A stretch of 64,000 bases of DNA from IMG/VR virus record IMGVR_UViG_3300028533_000484, positions 64,001 through 128,000 of that record; one strand, given 5' to 3'. Shown here one piece after another: positions 29,403 to 35,583 of this stretch. Position numbers and translations under genes: made by a program. The notes below the pieces were generated by a model, which was not told where the DNA came from, did no database searches, and worked only from the letters and a program-made list of their open reading frames with translations. Source of the DNA: a virus. Lineage: Duplodnaviria; Caudoviricetes. The first letter of the stretch is position 1; every line of letters starts with the position of its first letter.

Positions 29403-29629
29403 GTTAAACAAAAGCGTCGATTAAAACTGGTTCGAGTAATTGAGGTAACGTTCAGTAAATGAAAGAACAAAGATAATAACGGACTGAGGTAGAAACATTG
29501 TCAATCTTGGGTGTCCTGCCCGTCAGAAGAGTAATACTCTTCTTCAAGAATAAGGTGACGGATTGATGGTGTTGAAGGTTGGCTGGAGACGGCAGCGATA
29601 AATCCAGTTGAGTTTGACTTATTTTTAAC
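29403..29629 (+). ncRNA. candidate structured ncRNA (~225 nt)
   Basis: Ends pair (AACTGG/CCAGTT, GTTAAA/TTTAAC); inner CCGTCA/TGACGG and GAAGAG/CTCTTC. Confidence 0.45.
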
Positions 29630-29696
29630 ATTTTTTATGAAACAGCAATTAGCTTTTCAACTATAATATATATGTTAAAAATATTAAATTATTTAT

Positions 29697-29770
29697 AGTT
29701 CCATAGAACAACAGGTCCAGTTCACGGCCCTTTCAAGGCTGAGATCCGAGTTCAAGTCTCGGTGGAACTA
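29697..29770 (+). tRNA. tRNA-Glu(TTC)
   Basis: CGGCC-CTTTCAA-GGCTG; own promoter motif at 29639-29667. Confidence 0.9.
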
Positions 29771-29970
29771 AAGCTTATGTTCCTAACGGTTCGACTCCGT
29801 ATGAAAATCTTGAACTGTATAAGTGCGGTATAAGCCCGATGAGATGTCAAGATATAAACGGCATAGGAAAGGAAGCATCTGACTTAAGGTTTCAGGATAC
29901 AGTAGTAAACCTAGCGAAGTAGCGAAGGCCAAGTGAAAAGCGAACTCTTGCAAGAATCCCTTATAATGGG

Positions 29971-30051
29971 TGAAAGTTATAGTATAATGGAAATACAACA
30001 GCCGAGGTTATCTGGGCTGGAGATTGAAGGTTCGAGTCCTTCTGACTTTCA
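29971..30051 (+). ncRNA. tRNA-like RNA with aberrant anticodon arm
   Basis: Acceptor, D and T arms intact; CAGCC-GAGGTTATCTG-GGCTG (11-nt loop). Confidence 0.7.
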
Positions 30052-30056
30052 TATTT

Positions 30057-30130
30057 GCATCAGTAGCTCAGTTGGTTAGAGCGCCTGCCTTCCAAGCAGG
30101 ATGTCGAGGGTTCGAGCCCCTTCTGGTGCT
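30057..30130 (+). tRNA. tRNA-Gly(TCC)
   Basis: CCTGC-CTTCCAA-GCAGG. Confidence 0.95.
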
Positions 30131-30132
30131 CT

Positions 30133-30298
30133 AGGTGCAGCAATGCCGTGGATAGCACGTTACTAGGACTAATCTAATTGTACAAAGGAATTAGCCAGAG
30201 GATATGGTAACATACCTCGTTCTACGACTAGGTTGTTAAGGATGTTATACCTGACGTGAGACAGCCATAAAGGTTTCGTTTAGAAGATTGCTGCACCT
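30133..30298 (+). ncRNA. candidate structured ncRNA (166 nt)
   Basis: Perfect 12-bp closing stem AGGTGCAGCAAT/ATTGCTGCACCT with internal hairpins. Confidence 0.55.
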
Positions 30299-30373
30299 TT
30301 AAGCAGGTTGAAACGAATAGAAACTGAATCGAAAGATTCTAATGTAGGAGTAAGCACAAGAAGCTTATTGCAT

Positions 30374-30446
30374 GGGATATTGGTAAAATGGTGCATACGC
30401 CTGACTGTCACTCAGGAGAGCGCGAGTTCAATTCTCGCATATCCCG
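30374..30446 (+). tRNA. tRNA-Asp(GTC)
   Basis: CCTGA-CTGTCAC-TCAGG. Confidence 0.9.
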
Positions 30447-30455
30447 TTTTTTCTT

Positions 30456-30551
30456 GGACTGGTCGTATAGAGGTCAATTACAGGAGGAATGCGGTCCATT
30501 GGACCAAAGCCTCCTGCCATAGCTACGTAGGTTCGAATCCTACCCAGTCCG
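30456..30551 (+). ncRNA. tRNA-like RNA with hairpin inserted in the anticodon loop
   Basis: GGACTGG/CCAGTCC acceptor, perfect T arm; GGAGG-AATGC-GGTCC-ATT-GGACC-AAAG-CCTCC. Confidence 0.7.
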
Positions 30552-30560
30552 TAATGCATT

Positions 30561-30634
30561 GGAGTGTTAGCTCAGTTGGTAGTAGCAAGCGGCTGTTAAC
30601 CGCTAGGTCGCAGGTTCGAGTCCTGCACACTCCG
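30561..30634 (+). tRNA. tRNA-Asn(GTT)
   Basis: AGCGG-CTGTTAA-CCGCT. Confidence 0.95.
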
Positions 30635-30642
30635 AAAACCTT

Positions 30643-30710
30643 AACATCTTACCTTTATGGTCCTAGGGCTGTAATGTTAGGTGGGGACCACCGGAGATGT
30701 TCCTAACATT
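30643..30710 (+). ncRNA. compact pseudoknotted element
   Basis: AACATCTT/GAGATGTT, TGGTCCT/GGGACCA, loop AATGTTAGG pairs CCTAACATT. Confidence 0.55.
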
Positions 30711-30717
30711 GTTTTAT

Positions 30718-30790
30718 GCTACCTTAGCAAAATGGCTAATGCGCGTGATTTGTAATCTCGAGATTGTGGGTTCGAGTCCTACAGGTAGCT
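30718..30790 (+). tRNA. tRNA-Thr(TGT)
   Basis: CGTGA-TTTGTAA-TCTCG (one stem mismatch). Confidence 0.88.
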
Positions 30791-30792
30791 TT

Positions 30793-30865
30793 CGCGGATG
30801 GGTGAAACGGAATTCATGCCAGCCTCATAAGCTGAAGATAGCAGGTTCGACTCCTGTATCCGCAA
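30793..30865 (+). tRNA. tRNA-Met(CAT), initiator-like (C1:A72)
   Basis: CGCGGAT/ATCCGCA; CCAGC-CTCATAA-GCTGA. Confidence 0.85.
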
Positions 30866-30867
30866 TA

Positions 30868-30995
30868 AAAACATTTAGCGGTTTGTGAAAGTGGAAGGCA
30901 TTCCTTTGGACGACATGAAAGTCATAGCAAATCATAATCGAAACTGGTAAGCCTTAGCGCTGAGTACACTTACCGTTGAGTAGGCTAAATGTTTT
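30868..30995 (+). ncRNA. candidate structured ncRNA (128 nt)
   Basis: Perfect 12-bp closing stem AAAACATTTAGC/GCTAAATGTTTT; inner GGTAAG/CTTACC. Confidence 0.5.
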
Positions 30996-30999
30996 ACAT

Positions 31000-31071
31000 C
31001 GCCTGTTACCCAAGCAGTAAGGGAGCGGTCTGCAAAACCGTAATTCATAGGTGCAAATCCTATACAGGTGT
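31000..31071 (+). tRNA. tRNA-Cys(GCA)
   Basis: GCGGT-CTGCAAA-ACCGT, U73. Confidence 0.9.
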
Positions 31072-31075
31072 CTAA

Positions 31076-31231
31076 GGAATGGTAGCTTAGTCAAAAATAG
31101 TTTAGAAACTGCGCTGGCCGGTCGGCGGTTATAAATACTGAATTATTCAGTGTTAGGAAGCCTAAATGAAATATGCAGGAAAAGCGCTAACGAAACGTTA
31201 GAGAGTGTAAGTTCGAATCTTACCTATTCCT
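31076..31231 (+). ncRNA. tRNA-like RNA with ~90-nt D-loop insertion and collapsed anticodon loop
   Basis: GGAATGG/CTATTCC, GCTT/AAGC, CTAACG-AAA-CGTTAG, GTAAG-TTCGAAT-CTTAC. Confidence 0.65.
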
Positions 31232-31298
31232 TGAGGTAGATATAGGTGTTCGGTGCAAGTCCGGATTTAAGATAGTCAAGCCTTAAGCTACCATAAAA

Positions 31299-31505
31299 GT
31301 GGAGACTTCTGTGACTATACAGAAAACTATAGCAACATCTCAGCCAAGTGTTAATAATTGCTCTTTAGATAGTAAAATCGAAAGAGCTTATATGAAAGGC
31401 GCGCTTGCAATGTATGAGTTTTTGCAAGAAGAAAAATTAGTGCCTATTATAACAACTGGGTGTCAAGAAATGTTATGGAAAAAGTTTAAGGAAAAGAATA
31501 GCTAA
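31299..31505 (+). CDS. small hypothetical protein
   Basis: ORF between RNA genes; start uncertain. Confidence 0.5.
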   Translation: METSVTIQKTIATSQPSVNNCSLDSKIERAYMKGALAMYEFLQEEKLVPIITTGCQEMLWKKFKEKNS

Positions 31506-31566
31506 TTCGCATGCTTTCTTGATATATTGGATTACAGGTCTATGAAAATGACTTGTTTTTTTACAT

Positions 31567-31638
31567 TCCTCCATAGTGTAGTTGGTAGCACTTGAGAATT
31601 TGGGTCTCACAGGCTGGGTTCGAGTCCTAGCGGAGGAA
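31567..31638 (+). tRNA. tRNA-Gln(TTG)
   Basis: TGAGA-ATTTGGG-TCTCA. Confidence 0.88.
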
Positions 31639-31640
31639 AT

Positions 31641-31701
31641 AAAGCAAAGGTTGTTCCTATTAAAAGTTATTTTATTGGAAAAATTGTGTACAACCCGCTT
31701 T
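31641..31701 (+). repeat. GTTGTTCCTATT...TACAAC motif copy 1
   Basis: Conserved with 34987-35062 and 35394-35470. Confidence 0.7.
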
Positions 31702-31707
31702 AATTTT

Positions 31708-31780
31708 GGGCTGTTCGTATATCGGCTTATTACACGGGCTTTGCAAGCCTGATAGAGGGGTTCAACTCCCCTACGGTCCA
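31708..31780 (+). tRNA. tRNA-Ala(TGC)
   Basis: G3:U70 pair; CGGGC-TTTGCAA-GCCTG. Confidence 0.92.
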
Positions 31781-31810
31781 CTAAAAAAGTCTTCTGTTAG
31801 AAGATTTTAT

Positions 31811-31892
31811 GGGTTTGTGTTGGAATTGGTATACATCGGGGTCTTAGAAGCCTCGGCCGAAAGGATTGAGAGTTCGAGTCTCTCCAAGCCCA
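31811..31892 (+). tRNA. tRNA-Leu(TAG)
   Basis: GGGGT-CTTAGAA-GCCTC, variable arm. Confidence 0.9.
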
Positions 31893-31896
31893 TCAT

Positions 31897-31968
31897 CCAA
31901 ACTTGGTGTCAGCGGTAGCACAGCGGACTGAAGATCCGTTAGCTGGGGTTCAAATCCCTGAGTTTGGA
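31897..31968 (+). tRNA. tRNA-Phe(GAA)
   Basis: GCGGA-CTGAAGA-TCCGT. Confidence 0.85.
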
Positions 31969-31975
31969 CTAATAT

Positions 31976-32048
31976 GTTGAAGAAGTTCATACGGTTGAAC
32001 GCTGCCCTCATAAGGCAGATGTAGTAGGTCCGAATCCTGCCTTCAGCA
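31976..32048 (+). tRNA. tRNA-Met(CAT), elongator (or Ile2 if lysidine-modified)
   Basis: CTGCC-CTCATAA-GGCAG. Confidence 0.85.
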
Positions 32049-32050
32049 AT

Positions 32051-32123
32051 GTACCCATAGTGTTAGTGGTTAGCACGGAAGATTGTGGATCTTCAAGGTC
32101 GGGTTCAAATCCCGATGGGCACC
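32051..32123 (+). tRNA. tRNA-His(GTG)
   Basis: GAAGA-TTGTGGA-TCTTC, C73. Confidence 0.9.
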
Positions 32124-32130
32124 TTTATTT

Positions 32131-32166
32131 GGAAAGTTGGCACAGCGGCGACTGCAACGGTCTTGA
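32131..32166 (+). pseudogene. 5' half of a tRNA-Ser(TGA), truncated just after the anticodon
   Basis: GGAAAGT-TG-GCAC-AGCGGCGAC-TGC-A-ACGGT-CT-TGA then unrelated T-rich sequence. Confidence 0.75.
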
Positions 32167-32187
32167 TTCTTTTTTACCAATTAATGT

Positions 32188-32928
32188 ATGGGAAGAATTA
32201 AAGATACAGAAAAGATTTTACAAAATGCTAAAGAAGGTAATTGTATTTTCTGCAGCAAAGTTTGCAAAAATCAAAATAGCTTTAGGCAGCATCAAGTACG
32301 TTGTAAGTACAATCCAAATAGAAGAGCTATATGGTTGCACAACGATGTTTGGAGAGCTTCTGTTAAGAATAGAAAAGTAGCTGTACAGGTAAAAGATCAG
32401 TTTATTTGTAAATTTTGTAAAAAATGTTGGCTTACTACTGTAAGCGGTTATAAAAATCATGAACTGCATTGCAGAGAGAATCCTTGCAGAAAAGCAGGAT
32501 CCTTTACAGGCAGAACTGTTTCGGAAGAAACTAAAAAGAAAATCTCTGCGACAGGTAAGAGTCGAAAATCCTTAGGAGGATATCGATTTGGAAGTGGTAG
32601 AGGTAAAAAAGGAACATATAAGGGTTATTATTGTGATTCATCTTGGGAACTCGCTTATGTGATTTTCAATCTTGAACATAATATAAAGTTTGAAAGAAAC
32701 GAAGAACTTTTTCCTTATGAGTTTAATGATGAACAGCATAAATATAAGCCTGATTTTATTGAAGGCGACATTTATGTTGAAGTAAAAGGGTATTATACTG
32801 AACAAGTCAATGCAAAGACAAAAGCCTTTCCTTATAAACTTAAGTTCCTTGATAAAGAGACAATTAAGCCGTATATTGACTATGTTGTATCAAAATATGG
32901 TCAAGATTATATACGACTTTATGAATAA
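32188..32928 (+). CDS. free-standing homing-type endonuclease (two Cys/His fingers, NUMOD3-like motif, PD-(D/E)XK domain)
   Basis: CIFC..HQVRC, CKFC..HELHC, VSEETKKKIS, DSSWE...YKPDF...YVEVKG. Confidence 0.8.
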   Translation: MGRIKDTEKILQNAKEGNCIFCSKVCKNQNSFRQHQVRCKYNPNRRAIWLHNDVWRASVKNRKVAVQVKDQFICKFCKKCWLTTVSGYKNHELHCRENPCRKAGSFTGRTVSEETKKKISATGKSRKSLGGYRFGSGRGKKGTYKGYYCDSSWELAYVIFNLEHNIKFERNEELFPYEFNDEQHKYKPDFIEGDIYVEVKGYYTEQVNAKTKAFPYKLKFLDKETIKPYIDYVVSKYGQDYIRLYE

Positions 32929-33019
32929 GGAAGTGTTGAGCAGTTGGTAGCTCTCCTGACTTGAAATCAGGCGATTGCCTTGGAAAGGCGTCATGCAGGT
33001 TCGAATCCTGTCGCTTCCG
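32929..33019 (+). tRNA. tRNA-Ser(TGA)
   Basis: CCTGA-CTTGAAA-TCAGG, long variable arm, G73. Confidence 0.92.
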
Positions 33020-33053
33020 TAAATCTTTGTTGTAATTAAATATAAAGATTTTA

Positions 33054-33240
33054 ATAGAACTTGCAACACTTAGAGGCATTAAAGTTTTGAACTCGTCACT
33101 CAAGACTGCTGCTCAAAGAGATGATGAAGCTCGTGTCCCACGGCAAGTCTATAATGGTGATTCACAGTAGCCACTCAACTTCATCAGAGAAAAGAATCCC
33201 GCCGAGTAGGACGTTCGATACAGATTCTGAGTACTGTGAA
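33054..33240 (+). ncRNA. two adjacent stem-closed candidate ncRNA domains
   Basis: ATAGAACTTGC/GCAAGTCTAT and TTCACAGTA/TACTGTGAA. Confidence 0.4.
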
Positions 33241-33244
33241 ACAA

Positions 33245-33317
33245 TGGACTCGTGCTCGATGGTTTTGAGCAACGGTCTTATAAGCCGTCACACAGAGTTC
33301 AATTCTCTGGGGTCCTA
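33245..33317 (+). tRNA. tRNA-Ile(TAT)
   Basis: ACGGT-CTTATAA-GCCGT; U1:U72 mismatch. Confidence 0.8.
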
Positions 33318-33429
33318 AAAAACGAGTTAAGGAATATAATATGAAGAAGAAACAGAGGCCTTAACTTTCTGTTCAAGTCCATTGGAATAGAAAGTGGCCA
33401 GATTAAATGGAAACACAATTTATTTTAAT

Positions 33430-33506
33430 GGACCGTTAGCTCAGTCTGGGTTAAGAGCAATGCCCTTTTAAGGCGTGGGTCGTGAGTTCGAATCTCACAC
33501 GGTTCA
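33430..33506 (+). tRNA. tRNA-Lys(TTT) copy 1
   Basis: ATGCC-CTTTTAA-GGCGT. Confidence 0.93.
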
Positions 33507-33511
33507 ACCTT

Positions 33512-33586
33512 CTACCCGTGACGCAGTCTGGTTAGCGTACAAAACTTTTAATTTTGGGGTCGTGAGTTCGAATCTCACCGGGTAGA
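33512..33586 (+). tRNA. tRNA-Lys(TTT) copy 2
   Basis: CAAAA-CTTTTAA-TTTTG. Confidence 0.9.
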
Positions 33587-33590
33587 CTAC

Positions 33591-33662
33591 CCGCTTATAA
33601 CTCAACGGTAGAGTGGCGAACTCTTAATTCGCAGGTTCTCAGTTCAAATCTGAGTAGGCGGA
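33591..33662 (+). tRNA. tRNA-Lys(CTT)
   Basis: GCGAA-CTCTTAA-TTCGC. Confidence 0.93.
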
Positions 33663-33676
33663 CTTTTATAAAAAAT

Positions 33677-33749
33677 ATGAGTATGGTATAATGGATAGTG
33701 CCTTTGGCTACGAACCAAATGAATGGGAGTTCGATTCTCTCTACTCACA
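33677..33749 (+). tRNA. tRNA-Arg(ACG)
   Basis: TTTGG-CTACGAA-CCAAA. Confidence 0.85.
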
Positions 33750-33755
33750 CAATTT

Positions 33756-33827
33756 CGTTCTCTAACTCAATGGTGGAGTGCCGCTTTTACACAGCGGAGG
33801 TTGTAGGTTCAAGTCCTACGGGAACGA
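33756..33827 (+). tRNA. tRNA-Val(TAC)
   Basis: CCGCT-TTTACAC-AGCGG. Confidence 0.92.
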
Positions 33828-33834
33828 CTTTAGG

Positions 33835-34239
33835 TGTCAAAGTAACTTAAAAGGGTTTGACAAAATCGATACGACCAGAGCACTGCTGCAGCGTCCCTCC
33901 TGGTTTTGTGTAGGCCTAAAACTATATTTTTGATATAAAGGTGTGCTCTGACCTAGCTTAGATTAGGTGTGAAGGGATAATCTAGCGACAACAAAATGTT
34001 GTAAGAACTAAAGAGAATTTATGCAGTAGTTACTAAAAGTATGACGGTTAAGTGGATGTTCCGCTTCCGTAGAACTGCCAAGGCACGAATCTACAACTCA
34101 AGTAGTTGTATTTATCAGTAAAGGTGATTAAAAGAAAAGCATAATTTTAATCTGATTTTAATATCAAACCAAGACCTTGCAGGCGGGTGTGTGCATTACG
34201 AGCACCCTAAGCGGCTTCACCGCATCGGGCATTTTTTTT
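33835..34239 (+). ncRNA. ORF-free structured region, one or more candidate ncRNAs
   Basis: TGTCAAA/TTTGACA, CAGAGCAC/GTGCTCTG, TACAACT/AGTTGTA, GGGTG/CACCC hairpins, ends in T-run. Confidence 0.4.
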
Positions 34240-34429
34240 GAAAACTATAATGAAATAAAAACCTGTAAGGTAATAGATGTGACAGTCTAGGAAGTAATCA
34301 GGTGTTTTCTAGCTTTCGTAAACTAGATATTGGAGTGCTACGTAAGTTATAGATATGAATTTATGTATGTGGAAGCTTCCTAAATTCTTTATTTATAACA
34401 TGCCAAGAAGTCGAAACAGTAGCAATTTT

Positions 34430-34503
34430 GGTCTATTGGAGAAGTTGGAGTACTCGCCTGACTGTCACTCAGGAAATCACAGGTTCAAGTCCCGTATAGA
34501 CCG
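34430..34503 (+). tRNA. tRNA-Asp(GTC) copy 2
   Basis: CCTGA-CTGTCAC-TCAGG. Confidence 0.9.
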
Positions 34504-34531
34504 TAATCAAAAGCTTGTACGAGGTATAAAA

Positions 34532-34699
34532 ATGAAAGTTTTGAAAAAAATATTTCTTTTCATTAAAAAAGCTTTTTTAATTTTAACCGAAGAAAACCCA
34601 AAAGACAAGAATTGTTTAAATTGTGGTTGGAGAAATTCTAAAGATAGATATGCTTGCAAATTGTGTAGTCCAACAGATTTATCTGAATGGATTCCGTAA
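34532..34699 (+). CDS. 55-aa Cys-containing protein (start moved from 34355)
   Basis: GAGGT RBS before ATG 34532; CLNC...CKLC; the longer frame overlaps tRNA-Asp. Confidence 0.6.
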   Translation: MKVLKKIFLFIKKAFLILTEENPKDKNCLNCGWRNSKDRYACKLCSPTDLSEWIP

Positions 34700-34731
34700 G
34701 CGAAAACTATATTAATACCAATAATATAAAT

Positions 34732-34804
34732 GACTGTGTAGCTCAACTGGATGAGCACAAACCTTCTAAGTTTGCGGATGCAGGTTCGAATCCTGTCACA
34801 GTTA
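34732..34804 (+). tRNA. tRNA-Arg(TCT)
   Basis: CAAAC-CTTCTAA-GTTTG. Confidence 0.92.
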
Positions 34805-34806
34805 AA

Positions 34807-34980
34807 TAAAGAATGTATACCTCTATTGCTACGAGTCTATGGAATTCCTCGTTGAAATAAAAAGGTAGTACTTGGGGGAACATTGAGAGTTCGATGATGG
34901 TATAATTCTCTCTGAACTGATGAGGAAGGATTCAGTTGAGTTGACTAGCAGATAGCAATCTAGTCTCAATTCCTTTTACA
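34807..34980 (+). ncRNA. duplicated ~175-nt structured RNA, copy A
   Basis: Near-identical to 35939-36111, with a compensatory change. Confidence 0.65.
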
Positions 34981-34986
34981 AGAGTG

Positions 34987-35062
34987 AAGTGCATAGGTTG
35001 TTCCTATTTAAAAGCTACTTAGGGCTCGTAAGGGCTCTGCCATTTTTATACAACTCGCACTT
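34987..35062 (+). repeat. GTTGTTCCTATT...TACAAC motif copy 2
   Basis: Closed by AAGTGC/GCACTT. Confidence 0.7.
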
Positions 35063-35072
35063 TTTATTTTAC

Positions 35073-35143
35073 TCCTCCGTAGTGTAATGGTAGCACGCGA
35101 GATTCTGGTTCTTAAAGTGAGGGTTCGAATCCTTCCGGAGGAA
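35073..35143 (+). tRNA. tRNA-Gln(CTG)
   Basis: GAGA-TTCTGGT-TCTT; TCCTCCG/CGGAGGA. Confidence 0.9.
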
Positions 35144-35276
35144 AGCACATTTGCAGAGGCCTACTAGCAAAATTGAGGAACGGCAATTCCAATAGATTAG
35201 CGAAAAATGGTTGTAGGGACAAGCTCATACCGTTGCCGCGAATGAGTGAGAGTGAGTTCAACTCCCGCTAGGTGCT
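35144..35276 (+). ncRNA. candidate RNA ending in a T-arm/acceptor-like module
   Basis: AGCAC/GTGCT ends, GTTCAACTC T-loop, CGGCAA/TTGCCG potential pseudoknot. Confidence 0.4.
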
Positions 35277-35286
35277 CTTTTTATAT

Positions 35287-35367
35287 CGGTCTGTGGTGTA
35301 ATTGGCAGCCACGCATGACTTAGGATCATGTGTCTTTGACGTGAGAGTTCGAGTCTCTCCAGGCCGA
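35287..35367 (+). tRNA. tRNA-Leu(TAG) copy 2
   Basis: CATGA-CTTAGGA-TCATG, variable arm. Confidence 0.9.
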
Positions 35368-35376
35368 CTACTTAAA

Positions 35377-35495
35377 ACATTGAAAAAGATCTAGCATAAG
35401 TTGTTCCTATTTTATGAGTGAACTGGATCTTCACGGCTACCACCGTGAATGTATAGAGTATACAACTCGCAGCCTTTTGTACCTTTTTCAATGTT
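35377..35495 (+). repeat. GTTGTTCCTATT...TACAAC motif copy 3 inside a 13-bp outer stem
   Basis: AACATTGAAAAAG/CTTTTTCAATGTT. Confidence 0.7.
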
Positions 35496-35583
35496 AAAAG
35501 GCGACTAATTGATGTGGTTTAAAAACCTATTTAGGTGGTCTTAATGAAGCTTAAGTGTACTCCAGCCTTTATAAAATCTGTTG

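Noticed and set aside
30634-30710. Theta (HDV-like) ribozyme at tRNA 3' end
   Set aside because: Element starts 9 nt after the discriminator and its helix order does not fit the HDV nested double pseudoknot
32167-32928. Group I intron in tRNA-Ser
   Set aside because: No room for a catalytic core around the ORF and no complementary 3' exon; the downstream tRNA is complete by itself
33161-33240. Hammerhead ribozyme from minus-strand CTGATGA (also CTGATGA at ~34917)
   Set aside because: No correctly placed GAAA and stem arrangement
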